A stretch of 64,000 nt of DNA from Octopus sinensis (Eukaryota), in contig NC_043001.1 in NCBI RefSeq assembly GCF_006345805.1, forward strand, positions 107,570,001 to 107,634,000. Reading direction: 5' to 3'. The translations under genes were made by a program, and so were the position numbers. Shown here in pieces: positions 13,417 through 26,163 of this stretch (position 1 is its first letter; every line of letters starts with the position of its first letter). Below the pieces are notes generated by a model, which was not told where the DNA came from, made no database searches, and saw only the letters and a list, made by a program, of their open reading frames with translations.

Positions 13417-13475
13417 CTTTATTTAAAGCAGCAGAAAATTCAACATTGTTGAATTTTCTGCTGCTTTAAATAAAG
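13417..13475. repeat. Perfect 29-bp-arm hairpin with a 1-nt loop
   Basis: CTTTATTTAAAGCAGCAGAAAATTCAACA-T-TGTTGAATTTTCTGCTGCTTTAAATAAAG. Confidence 0.95.
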
Positions 13476-13480
13476 TATAT

Positions 13481-16368
13481 ATATGCGTGTATGTGTCATG
13501 CATATATATATTATATATGCTGTCGGGCACCGCTACTGATATTGGGGGTCGCTTTCTCTGCCTTGACCCGAGCATGGAAGGGGGCTCGCCTCTTTGAGCG
13601 GGTAAATGAATGGAATGCCTGGTGTGAGTCTTGTTTTGACTACACCCTCCAAAAACATGGTGAATAGGCCCGGGTATTCACCATTTAAATTTTTCGAAAA
13701 TTTTCTCAAAAAAATTTTCGCCAATTTTACACAAAAATTTTTCGAAAATGTACACCGAAACTTTTCCCCCAAAATTTTTCGAAAATTTTCACCAAAAGTT
13801 TTAAGAAAATTTTCACCGAAAATTTTACCTAGAAATTTTTCAAATATTTTCCCCAAAAATTTTTCGAAAATTTACACTAACAATTTTACCCACAAATTTT
13901 TCGAAAATTTTCACGGAAAATTTTACCCAAAAATTTTTCGAAAATGTACACGGAAAATTATACCCAAAAATTTTTAGAAAATTTTCACCAAAAATTTTAC
14001 GAAAATTTTCAACGAAAATTTTACCCAGAAATTTTTCAAAAATTTTCACCAAAAATTTTTCGAAACTTTTCACCGAAAATCTTACCCAAAAATTTTCACC
14101 AACAATTTTTCGAAAATTTTACTCAAAAAGTTTTCGAAAATTTTCACCGAAAATTTGCCCCAAACATTTTTCGAAAATTTTCAACGGAAATTTTCCCCAA
14201 AAAATTTTTCTAAAATTTTCACCAAAAAATTTTCCTAAAATTTTCACCAAAAAATTTTCGAAAATTATACCCAAAAATTTTCACCAACAATTTTTCTAAA
14301 AATTTTCCCCAGAAATTTTCACCGAAAATTTTCACCCAAAATTTTCCTAAAAATATGCGTGTATATGTTATGCATATATATTATATAGGCTATCGGGCCC
14401 CGCTGTTGATATTGAGGGCCGCTTTCTCTGCCTTGACCCGAGCATGGAAGGGGGCTCGCCTCGTTGAACTGGGAAATGAATGGAATGCCTGGTGTGAGTC
14501 TTGTTGTGGCTACCCCCTCCTAAAACATGGTGAATAGGACTGGGTATTAAAATTTTTCGAAAATTTTCCCCAAAAATTTTCCGAAAATTTTCACCAACAA
14601 TTTTTCGAAAATTTTCACTGAAAATTTTACCCAAAAATTTTTCGAAAATTTTTATCGAGAATTTTAACCAAAATTTTTCGAAAATATTAACCAAAAATTT
14701 TTCGAAAATTTGAACCAAAAATGTTTCGAAAGTTTTCTCCAAAAATTTTTCGAAAATGTACACCGAAAATTTTGCCTAAAAATTTTTCGAAAATTTTCAC
14801 CAAAAATTTTACGAAAATTTTCACCCAAAATTTTACCCAGAAATTTTTCAAAAATTTTCACCAAAAATTTTTCGAAACTTTTCACCGAAAATTTTACCCA
14901 AAAATTTTCACCAACAATTTTTCGAAAATTTTACCCAGAAATTTTCACCGAAAATTTTACCCAAAAATTTTTCGAAAATTTTCATCGAGAATTTGATCCA
15001 AAAATTTTTCGAAAATTTTAACCAAAAATTTTTCGAAAATTTTAACCAAAAATGTTTCGAAAATTTTCACCGAAAATTTTTTCCAAAAATTTTTCGAAAA
15101 TGTACACCGAAAATTTTACCTAAAACTTTTTCAAAAATTTTCACCAAAAATTTTACCAAAATTTTCACCGAAAATTTTACCCAGAAATTTTTCGAAAATT
15201 TTCACCGAAAATTTTCCCCAAAAATTTTCACCAACAATCTTTCTAAAAATTTTACCCAGAAATTTTCACCGAAAATTTTCCCCAAGAATTTTTCGAAAAT
15301 TTTCGCCCAAAATTTTCCAAAAATATACGTGTGTGTGTCATGCATATATATTATATATGCTATCGGGCCCCGCTGTGGATATTGAGGGCTGCTTTCTCTG
15401 CCTTGACCCGAGCATGGAATGGGACTCGCCTCTTTGAGCTGGGAAATGAATGGAATGCCTGGTGTGAGTCTTGTTGTGGCTACCCCCTCCTAAAACATGG
15501 TGAATAGGCCTGGGTATTCATCATTTAAATTTTTCAAAAATTTTCCCCAAAAACTTTTCGAAAATTCTCACCAACAATTTTTCGTAAATTTTCACCGAAA
15601 ATTTTCCCCAAAAATTTTTCGAAAATTTTCACCGAAAATTTTACCCAAAAATTTTTCGAAAATTTTCACCGAAAATTTTACCTAAAAATTTTTCGAAAAT
15701 TTTCACCAAAAATTTTACGAAAATTTTACCCAGAAATTTTTCGAAAATTTTCACTCAAAATTTTTCGAAACTTTTCACCGAATATTTTACCCAAAAATTT
15801 TCACCAACAATTTTTCGAAAATTTTACTCAAAAATTTTTGGAAAATTTTCACCGAAAATTTCCTCCAAAAATTTTTCGAAAATTTTACCCAAAAATTTTC
15901 ACCAACAATTTTTCTAAAAATTTTACCCAGAAATTTTCACCGAAAATTTTCACCAACAATTTTTCTAAAAATTTTACCCAGAAATTTTCACCGAAAATTT
16001 TCCCCGGGAATTTTTCGAAAATTTTCACCCAAAATTTTCCCCAGAAATTTTTCGAAAATTTTCACCGAAAATTTTACCTAAAAATTTTTCGAAAATTTTC
16101 ACCCAAAATTTTACCCAGAAATTTTTCAAAAATTTTCACCAAAAATTTTTCGAAACTTTTCACCGAATATTTTACCCAAAAATTTTCACCAACAATTTTT
16201 CGAAAATTTCCCACAAAAAGTTTCCGAAAATTTTACCAAAAAATGTTCACGAACAATTTTTCTAAAAATTTTCCCCAGAAATTTTTTCCAAGAATTTTTC
16301 GAAAATTTCACCCCAAATTTTCCTATAAATATGCGTGTATGTGTCATGCATATATATTATATATGCTA
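13481..16368. repeat. Composite macrosatellite: three units (~872, ~970, ~1006 bp) plus a 40-bp partial; each unit is a conserved ~200-bp box plus a palindromic AAAATTTTTCGAAAATTTTCACC-type array
   Basis: Unit starts at 13481, 14353, 15323 and 16329; box contains CTTTCTCTGCCTTGACCCGAGCATGGAA..AATGAATGGAATGCCTGGTGTGAGTCTTGTT..AAAACATGGTGAATAGG in all three units. Confidence 0.95.
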
Positions 16369-18078
16369 ACGGAGGAATTTGAAAACGTTGCTGGCAAAAA
16401 TGCAGATGTTGAAAATATTTATAAAAAGACAAATATATCCGCGTTCATGTTTATAAATGGAGACATTAACAATGCAAGATAAACAAACGACAGTTATGTA
16501 AACGAATACATCTTTAAACACAGACTAGTATTAAAGATGTTTAGAATATTGGAAATAACGAGCACAACTTTGCTAGTGTTAGCAGTTGGGATCAGATATT
16601 TAAATTCGGACCAGTTCTCCGGAATCAACAGAGAGAATGGATAAAGATGGGATCGTTCTCATTAGTTGATGATTTTATGGAAGAAAAGTTAAAGAAGAAA
16701 ATAGCATATTAGACATACTTTTGTCTCTCGAACAAGGATATCAGTGTGTGCCTGACCTTCAGACTGAATAAAGAAGCAGAACAGAAGTTTCAATAACCTT
16801 CCCATTAGTGAAGACTTGGCAAGTAGGACTATCGGCTGCTAGATGCACACTTCCCGCGCACACACATATGAAATGAAAGTCCTCGAACTTAAATCGAAAT
16901 CGGTTGATATTTCATGGGAAGTTTCGGAGATTACCGCTTTCTAAGTGAGCATTGGAGAAAAATTAAGTTTTAATGATCTAATGAACTAGCTTTCTTCGTC
17001 TGCACCGATATGTAAATATACAATTGTATAGCATAATGCGTAGCATTCACATTGGGACAGACATGTGAACGTATTTTTTATACACTGGAATTATTATTAA
17101 ATTATGAAGGCTGCGAAACGGCCGTAGTCTTAAGGAAGTTAAGGTATATGTTTGTGTGTTCATAGTATGTGTGTATTTGTGTGTGTGTGTGTGTGTGTGT
17201 GTGTAGAAAGCGGATGGCTTATAAGTTACGGTTGTGTGTTTCCGACAATATGTTCGATGGTTCCATTACTGGTCTGCTTATCGCGTTGTTTCCTTCAATA
17301 AAACACTTTCTTTCGCGATGTTTCAATATTGTGGGGGGAATCTGAAAACCAGCTTTATATTGGTGCAGTTTTCGATTTCCTTGGTACACAACGATCGAAG
17401 AAAATCAATACCCAGGAAAGAAAAAAAGTGTAAAGGAATTGAATGCGAAATTATGTATGTAACACATTGTGGAGACCTTCGTTGTGGGAAGTGTAAAATT
17501 GAAATAAGTAAGTAAGGAACACCGAAAAGATGTCTGTATATACATGTGTGTGTACACGTGCGTGTAGAGGTTCTAAAATTAGCTAAAAATATTTTTAAAA
17601 ATTGTTTAAAGACAAACTTGCGAAGTATACGTGGGGTGAGAATAAAGTGGAGGCCAAAATATAAAAACGATAGAATTAGGAAAGTAAAATTCACAACAGA
17701 CTACTCAATAGCAAGCGTAGAATCAAAGTCGTTTGGTGTCAGCTATACAATTGCGGGTGCATTATTTTATTGAATAAATTGGCGCTCGTAAATAACATAT
17801 ATAACAATAACTTAATTACAATTTTTATGCAGTAAATATAATATTTACAAAAGCCAAAAGAAGACAATCATAAATAATAGAGAGTAAATGAAAAATATTC
17901 AAAACAATATTAAAAATAACATGCATTTTACCCATTTATAAATTAGTATTCATAATATTTTATAGAAACAACCATTTAAAATATCTTCTCTGTTAATGAA
18001 CTTGTAAGCCAATGAATGAATTTCTCGTCATAAATAGGATTAACAATTTCCTATGTAATCCTGGAAATTGTAAATACC

Positions 18079-18309
18079 TATTTTTTTATTACCCACAAGG
18101 GGCTAAACATAGAGGGGACAAACAACGACAGACATAGGTATTAAGTCGATTACATCGACCCCAGTGCGTAACTGGTACTTAATTTATCGACCCCGAAAGG
18201 ATGAAAGGTAAAGTCGACCTCGGCGGAATTTGAATTCACAACGTAACGGCAGACGAATACGGCTACGCATTTCGCCCGGCGCGCTAACGTTTCTGCCAGC
18301 TCGCCGCCT
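18079..18309 (-). mobile_element. Full-length solo family A SINE (A2 tail)
   Basis: Complete head to tail; TSD TTGTAAATACC (18068-18078) / TTGTAAAATACC (18311-18322). Confidence 0.92.
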
Positions 18310-19067
18310 TTTGTAAAATACCGATGTTCTGTTAGATGTTGAGGACATTGCAGTATTAGATTGTGTAGGCGGTTAACTATGCACTTACAAGACGGAGCCG
18401 TTGCTACGCATTACATCAAAACACAAAAATTCTGTGATTTGTTGATATTATTTTACTGTATCCTGTGAAGCATCAAGAGGGGGGAGGTGGAGGAGGAGGA
18501 CGACGACGAGAAGAAGATGATGATGAGAAGATATTTAATTAGAGCATATGTTAACCTCGTGAAGGGGTGATTGCATCCAAGGAAATACTGGTTCAATACC
18601 TAGTATTTTGGAGAAATGAAATTCCCTTAAAACAAAAGGCATATATTAAGCATATAGTTTATATCCAGTTAAATGAAGAAAAGAAAATGGAGATAAGGAA
18701 GTTAATAATTGTTTATCATTAACGAATTAGTCACATTTGCTTCTTACAACCGTTTCAACTAATACTCAATGATTTAATTACAAATTTGTACGTTAAATTT
18801 ATATTTATATGACATGAGTATAAATTTAGCAAAGAAAAAAACAAAGATGTTATATGCAGGCCTATTAATTCATTTTAGCAGACTAAATGTTATGCATACA
18901 TGCAAGCATGTATGCATGTATGTATGTATGTATGTATTATGTATGTATGTATTATGTATGAATTATGTATTTATTATGTATGTGTTATGTATGTATGTAT
19001 GTATGTATGTATTATGTATGTATGTATGTATGTATTTATGTATGCATGTATGTATGAATGTAAACTG

Positions 19068-19197
19068 AGAAAAGAGGACGAATTTAATAGGAAGAACAAT
19101 AACAAAAGCTGAAAACACCAACATTGAAAATATAAGGAATTGCGTTCAATTCAGCCAATGAGTTGGCGTTGAGGTGAAAGTAGAAACGGAAGAAGCA
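19068..19197 (-). repeat. Inverted copy of the 11893-12023 repeat
   Basis: Reverse-complement similarity; both copies have a CATA/TATG microsatellite on the same side. Confidence 0.85.
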
Positions 19198-19891
19198 TAA
19201 AAAACTATGAAATATAAAGAACCGGCAACTAGAATCTTCTACTAAATTATTCACCACACACATATAACACATACATACCCATTCACACACATAATTTTCA
19301 CACCCAAGGTTCTAGTAGATTACGGTGCCTGACTGAAAAAGGTTTCAGTCTGGGATAGAAATCAGAGCTATATTATTGGTAAGCAAACACTATAGCCGGA
19401 AGGACATCCTGACAAATCTCTCATCATAAAATATAAAATGATATATTAGCCGTACGACATTTATATAAAGCTAATTCCAATCTAAAGAGATATAGCAGAG
19501 ACATTACGTACAATAGTAAGAACTGTCGCCAAGATTGAAGTATTTTTTGATTGCTGATCGAAAGTAGACCTCAACCGTAAATACATTAAGTGAAGGAAGA
19601 TAACCGTGAATGGAAAATAAACACACCTTTCAGCTCTATTGCATTTTCACCTATGGGACGAGATCGCAGAGAGTACTTTGGCGACTAATAGCCATTTTAT
19701 GCAGAAGTTCCAGGGTCAGAACATTAGCGAATATACTATGAAAACTGAAATTAAATTTAGAAAGTAAAAATGACATTAAATTGTCACAAAACCGCCTTCA
19801 TTTAAATGATAAACATATACAAGACATTGTAATTTATCATCAGCTGACACTCATATAGTTATATGTATCTGTATGTATGTATGTATGTATG

Positions 19892-19924
<33 letters not shown>

Positions 19925-20055
19925 GCATGTATGTATGTATATGTGTGTGTATGCGTGTCTGTGTGTATGTGTGTGTATAAGTAGCATGTATATGTATATA
20001 TATGTATATATGTATATGCATATATATATATATATATGTGTAGGTACATATGTAG

Positions 20056-20102
<47 letters not shown>

Positions 20103-20103
20103 A

Positions 20104-20147
<44 letters not shown>

Positions 20148-20157
20148 TATATATAAC

Positions 20158-20192
<35 letters not shown>

Positions 20193-20233
20193 ATAGACTG
20201 ATAGATAGATAGATGGACAGACGACAGACAGAC

Positions 20234-20293
<60 letters not shown>

Positions 20294-20332
20294 GTGTGTG
20301 TGTGTGTGTTCATATACAAATACATGATGTAT

Positions 20333-21236
20333 TAAATGTCCAATAAATACATGCCTTCTCTGATTAAAGCTTTATTGAAAATGGCCCATTGAAATCCAAT
20401 GCAATAAAACAAATTGAGAAGAACCTAACATATACATTCGTAATTGGCTGAAATGATCCTTAAAAGTAACGTATGTTTAGTAAATGGAAAACAATCAGAA
20501 ATCATCAAATTCATCTAAAAGGCCGACCTGCCAAATTTTGTTATTTGAAAATAGGTTACTAAACACTGCTTGTCGCAACTAACTAATCCGCAGAATGCAG
20601 TCGGGATGTGAAGACAAAAACGCTTGAGAAATTAATGAAATACTTCAGACCGCTTAGGGATTAACTTGTATGAGCGGAGCATCTGTTTTGCGCTGGCTCA
20701 AAAGGCAGAGAGGAGGTAAGAGACGATTAGAGATTTGGGAGGGAGAGAGACGTCCGAACAGAAGTTGTAGAAAAATTTCACAATATTCAGGTCGACGACC
20801 GTCGTGTGTCTATAACGACATGAAATGCAGTTTGGAGTTGATGTGGTAACCGTATACTTAATTATTCATGAAAATCTGAAATTCGTGGAATATTATTTTT
20901 TTTTTTTTTGCTTTCCTAGGGTGTTCAGTGAAAAACATCCTGGTAACCATCTACTTCTCAGAGGTGGGCTTCAAAACTGTCACTCATCCTTTCTACAGTC
21001 CAGACCTTGATCTCTTTGAATTTTGGTTGTTGCCAACGCTGAAAAGCAGTCGTTTTGATGATGAAGGCGGCTATACCATGCATTTCTATGGGGCCTTCAC
21101 CACAGGGGCTGGAGGATTACTACGGATGCATTGAAGCCAGAGGATCCCAGTTTGAAGGAGAATGGCTTTCTACATCCTGGAAATTAATAATTGTCTGTCC
21201 TGAAATATCTGAATAATTCCAGAATGGACATTGTAT
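20333..21236 (+). mobile_element. Internally deleted, decayed mariner DNA transposon
   Basis: HPFYSPDLDLFEFWLLPTLK (mariner YSPDL motif) in ORF 20928-21134 and C-terminal CIEARGSQFE; ends approximate because the TIRs are eroded. Confidence 0.75.
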
Positions 21237-21314
21237 ACATACATACATACACACACACACGCACACACACACACACAACACACACACACACACACACACA
21301 ACACACACACATAT

Positions 21315-21360
<46 letters not shown>

Positions 21361-21664
21361 TATATGGTATATATACAGACATGCACAGGAATCTGTACGT
21401 CTGCCTGTCGTTTTTCACGAGCAAATATCCAAGAGGAAATTGTCAAGAATGAATGTGTAAATGTTCTGCAATTAGCAGTTTTGCTCTAGTAAAAATGTTT
21501 GTCGATAACATGACGCCGAAATTCTAGCTTCGCATTCAATATTCCCAATGAGCTCTCGTGTTCACTTCCTCTCTCCCAGTCAGCCCTAGTATCTATCTAT
21601 CTATTTATTTATCTATCTATTTATCTATCTGTGTGTCTGTCTATTTGTCTGTCTGTCTAACCAT

Positions 21665-21761
<97 letters not shown>

Positions 21762-22594
21762 CCTATGTCTCACTCTATCTGCCTGTCTTGCTTCCCTCTG
21801 ATATATCATACTTTCTCTGTTAGTACTGTTTGTCAATTTACTTTCCGTAATTGAATTTCTTTTGCTTAGACAAAAATTTAGAATTTTAAGCATTTACATC
21901 CTGGACACTTTATTATGGGTGTGTGCATTTGTATGTATATATGTATATATGTATATAGTTATACACAAGCTTATATATGGGTATCTAAATATACATATAG
22001 ACATATATTTTTATATATCTTTTAAATTTGTTTAGATGAAACATTTTGAATATGCAGATAACGCAGCTATTGCATTATGCCATCCACAGTCTAATGATGC
22101 AATGAGCTGTGCCAAATAATATAGCATAAATAGAGTATTAGTAATGATGATCCTTTGATGGAATTTATAAACATTTAATGCTTAGCTACGCACGTTTCCA
22201 CAAATCACACGTCTCTTGAAATCATAGTCCGTATTCCTGAGATAATTGCAGTGTAGACCGTAGTATCCGTAGTATCAGTAGTCACCTTCTTTCCTGATTG
22301 CAATGCGGCCATCATGGCAGCTGCTTTAAATTTTGCCTGTAGTTTTCATGGTAGTTCTAAAGTATGTTGTGACCAATAAAAAGACATCTCTTACATACGC
22401 CTTGTACGATTAATCAATACCAGCTTTCACCCCCCCCCCCCAATATTCCTAATTTTACATCTTTTTCCTCGGCACTTTTGATTAACTTTCAATCGAGGAA
22501 CGGTTTTAGACCATTGTTAGTGAGAAACTTTTTGAGTGATTGAAGAAAATGCAAGGATGTGAATAAACTATTCATACGCTATTCAGAAGGGGAT

Positions 22595-23005
22595 GCTTCC
22601 CAACCAAATGATTTCGGTTTCAATGCCATTCCATGGCATCTTGAGCAGCTTTCTTCTTCTCTAGCCTCGGGCCGACCAAAGTTTTGTGAGACGATTTCGT
22701 AGACGGAGAATGAAAGAAGCCAATTGTATATGTGTATGTGTGCGTGTGCATTTACGTATGTATACGCGTGTGTGTATGTGTGTGTATGTGTATGTGTTTG
22801 TGTGTGTTTGCGTGGGTTCGTCCCTCACCCCCGCTTGACAAACGGTGTTGATTTATTCACGTCCACGTAATGTAGCGGTTTGGCATGTATCATCAACAGA
22901 AATGAAAAAAAACTATTGGGGTCAATTTGTTCGACTAAAGCCCTTCAAGGCTGTGCACCAGCATGGCCGCCGTCCAATGACACAAAGGAATAACAGATAA
23001 GAGAT
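22595..23005 (+). mobile_element. Degenerate family B SINE
   Basis: GCCTCGGGCCGACCAAA, internal TG tract, CCAGCATGGCCGC tail. Confidence 0.75.
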
Positions 23006-23685
23006 AAATACTTGATACTTGATGATTTGATATTCCAGGAAAACAGTCATTCTTTAATAGTTTTACATTTTGCGCAAGAAAACACGTCTTCACAGTTACT
23101 TCGTAGTTTCAGTCACAAGGCAGCAAGAGATGGAAGCATTCTTCTTTCTTGATGTCTGTTATCTTTTACCATCTTTGTATACTTCTGCAATTTTTTTACG
23201 ACAAATTTTATTCTCAATTTATACTATTAAACAAAATTCGCAATGAAACTAGTTAGAAGGCTTCAAGCATCAAGAGATCACAGGCAAAAGATGGGAGCAT
23301 AACAGAGACAGGAAATTAGAGAAAGTTTAAGATGAAAGCAACGGACAAGAAGAGTCAGCATGACTGAGCACGAACGTGCAGGATGTCTATAGTAACAAAG
23401 AGGAAATCAATAAAAGCATAGACGGAGCACGGGCAGTGAACAGTGAACTGATTATAAGCAACAACAATGAGAAAGAAGTTTTTGATGAAATTATATTAAC
23501 AAACTACAATAGGGAGAAAATCAAGAAGTACGGCAAGAAATAAATCGCGTACAGAACGAAAGCATTACCGAACAATTACTTTGAGATTTTGTCAGACAAG
23601 AACACAGGGTCAGAGGAAAATTCAGCGCTCTTTGATACGGCACCAGAATTAAGTAATATTTTTCTTGATATTTTTAATCCCTTAT

Positions 23686-24100
23686 CTCTCTTTTACTCTT
23701 TTACTCTTTTACTTGTTTCAGTCATTTGACTGCGGCCATGCTGGAGCACCGCCTTCAGTCGAGCAAATCGACCCCGGGACTTATTCTTTTTTGTAAGCCC
23801 AGTTACTTATTCTATCGGTCTCTTTTGCAGAACCGCTAAGTGACAGGGACATGAACACACCAGCATCGGTTGTCAAGCAATGCTAGGGGGACAAACACGC
23901 ACACACACACACATATATATATATATATACATATATACGACGGGCTTCTTTCAGTTTCCGTCTACCAAATCCACTCACAAGGCTTTGGTCGGCCCGAGGC
24001 TATAGTAGAAGACACTTGCCCAAGGTGCCACGCAGTGGGACTGAACCCGGAACCATGTGGTTGGCAAGCAAGCTACTTACCACACAGCCACTCCTGCGCC
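23686..24100 (-). mobile_element. Young full-length family B SINE
   Basis: Near-identical to 59205-59595; (CTCTTTTA)n tail. Confidence 0.93.
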
Positions 24101-24299
24101 TATCTATTTCATTTTCATAAAATAAAAACTATTTTAAAAATAAAACAATGCTAAGAAATTATATAAATTTATGCAAAATAAAAGTGAAAAGATTTGTAAA
24201 CTGTGGAATTTCCCTAGTTCCTCATAGTTATTATAATAATGTAATATAAATTTAATTAAAGGATAATCTTTAAAAATAAGCGGGGAGAGAATAGAAGTT

Positions 24300-25100
24300 A
24301 TACTAGTACAAATTTTGGCACAATTCTAATATTTTCGAGGTACTTGGATAGTCGATTACATCGCCTCTCGTACTTATTTTACCGCCCCCGAAAAGACGAA
24401 AGGTAAAGTTGCTCCTAGAAGAATTTGAACACAGAACGTGAACAGGGACGAAATGCTGCTAAGCATTTTATCCCAGTGTATTAACCATTCTGCCAGTTTC
24501 CCGCCATATTAAAGTTATAATATTATGTCTTCGTAAAAATTAGTAGAATCGCCGCTGTATTAAAAAACTCACTGCTTTCATGCAGAGGGAAAACAAATCG
24601 TTAAACTAAAACCCGGAAGTGACAAATGTATTATCAATTTCTCTACTCGTGGGATGCGTGAAATTTTAATGGTTCCTGATTTGGGCTCAAGGCCAACAAA
24701 TTTCAGAGGAAAGTTTTAATCTATGCTATGAAACCTTGTACTTCACTGGTACTTTATCTTATTGGCCCAGAAAAGGTGAAAGGCAAAATTTGTTCTTATG
24801 GAATTTGAACTCAGAACATAAAGTGCCAAAATAAGGGTTCGCCAAATATTAATAAAAGATAAGAAATTATGTATTTTGGAGGTGCAAAGTCGGAAGAAAA
24901 TAATAAAAAAAGCAATTCGAAAACTATAAAATCAAGAAAATGTGAGAAGTGTAAATATTTACACAGAATTATAATGAAATATTTTTTCCTACTCTAGGCA
25001 CAAGGCCCGAAATTTTTGGAGAAGGGGCCAGTCGATTAGATCGACCCCAGTACGCAACTGGTGCTTTATTTACCGCCCAGAAAGGATGAAAGGCAAAGTC
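24300..25100 (-). mobile_element. Cluster of three degenerate or partial family A SINEs (~24300-24505, ~24680-24830, ~24983-25100)
   Basis: GAATTTGAAC(T/A)CAGAAC and GAAAGG(T/C)AAA core motifs; A1 tail CTACTCTAGGCACAAGGCCCGAAATTTT. Confidence 0.75.
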
Positions 25101-26016
25101 TTTTTAAGCTACGAATGAAGACTATTTATCTGCCAATGGTGTGTTGAGCACTGACTTTCACCGAAATAGACTGGCTATTCACTTTTCTGTGACTGGCTAA
25201 GTGATGTAGACATCTCTCATGTAAAACCGATAAGGTTTGAAAATCGTTTGAGACTCTTCATTTTACAGTCCCTGCCTTGGGTTCTTGCATACAAAATCCA
25301 TCCATCCATCCATCCATATATACATACATTGATACATATTGGCATGCATGCGAGCATACATACATACGTACAAAGATATATATATATATATATATAAATA
25401 TATGTATGCATGTATACATACGTACAAACACACATATGTGTATATCCATATATGTGTGTGTGTGCGTGTATGTGTCTGTATGCATGGATACTCATTCATA
25501 AAAGGGAATATAGAAACACCTATGTATGTGTGTGAGTGTGTGTGTGTGTGTGAGTTTGTGTGTGTGAGTGTGTGCGTGCGTGTGCGATAGTGTGTGTAGG
25601 AGTAGAAAAATAAAGAGACAAAAAGAAAAGCGATATAAAGTGACTAAATTTATTAAGTCTTAATCTGTTCTCTAATCCGTCTCATTTCCCAATACTATTC
25701 GATATTATTATATAATTTTGTAAAAATTTTCGTTCCCGTTGAGCTTATTTTCGCTTCATTTTCTTATTAACTTCTGCACCTTCAAGATGCATAGTGTGGG
25801 AAGTTACACAAAATTACCCACAGCATAGAACAACCTACAGTTGAAAACGCGTGGTTAACATATTTCTCACTCCTCCGTTACGCTGCTCATTTCCCACATT
25901 AACTACGCAACTGCTTGATTTGTTAAGCATGTAATGTTCATTCGCTTGAAGCCAATTTTTATTTTTTCCTATAACTTTGACTATGTTTTTCTCACCAATT
26001 TTTTCGACGCCATATT

Positions 26017-26052
26017 TTTACACAATCCAGTTTTATATATATACATTTCTCA

Positions 26053-26091
<39 letters not shown>

Positions 26092-26115
26092 GTATATATA
26101 TAAAACTGGATTGTG

Positions 26116-26119
<4 letters not shown>
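26017..26119. repeat. Perfect 32-bp inverted repeat around a (TA)n tract
   Basis: TTTACACAATCCAGTTTTATATATATACATTT (26017-26048) and its exact reverse complement (26088-26119). Confidence 0.93.

Positions 26120-26163
<44 letters not shown>

Noticed and set aside
13481-16368. CRISPR-like repeat/spacer reading, or a retrozyme or HDV ribozyme in the conserved box
   Set aside because: Units are ~1 kb, spacers are themselves repeats and there are no cas genes; I found no CUGAnGA/GAAA core, and the GGCCC/GGGCC stem encloses too little sequence for an HDV fold
13533-16482. ORFs of 90-214 aa inside the macrosatellite
   Set aside because: Open on both strands and in several frames because of the palindromic repeat; frames are not conserved between units
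16370-16800. Possible decayed APE endonuclease (FINGDINNA and SILDILLS-like words)
   Set aside because: Two short motif-like words amid many stops are not enough without a TBLASTN or HMM search
23280-23640. Purine-rich coding-looking stretch
   Set aside because: Stops interrupt the frames and I recognise no motif or splice pair
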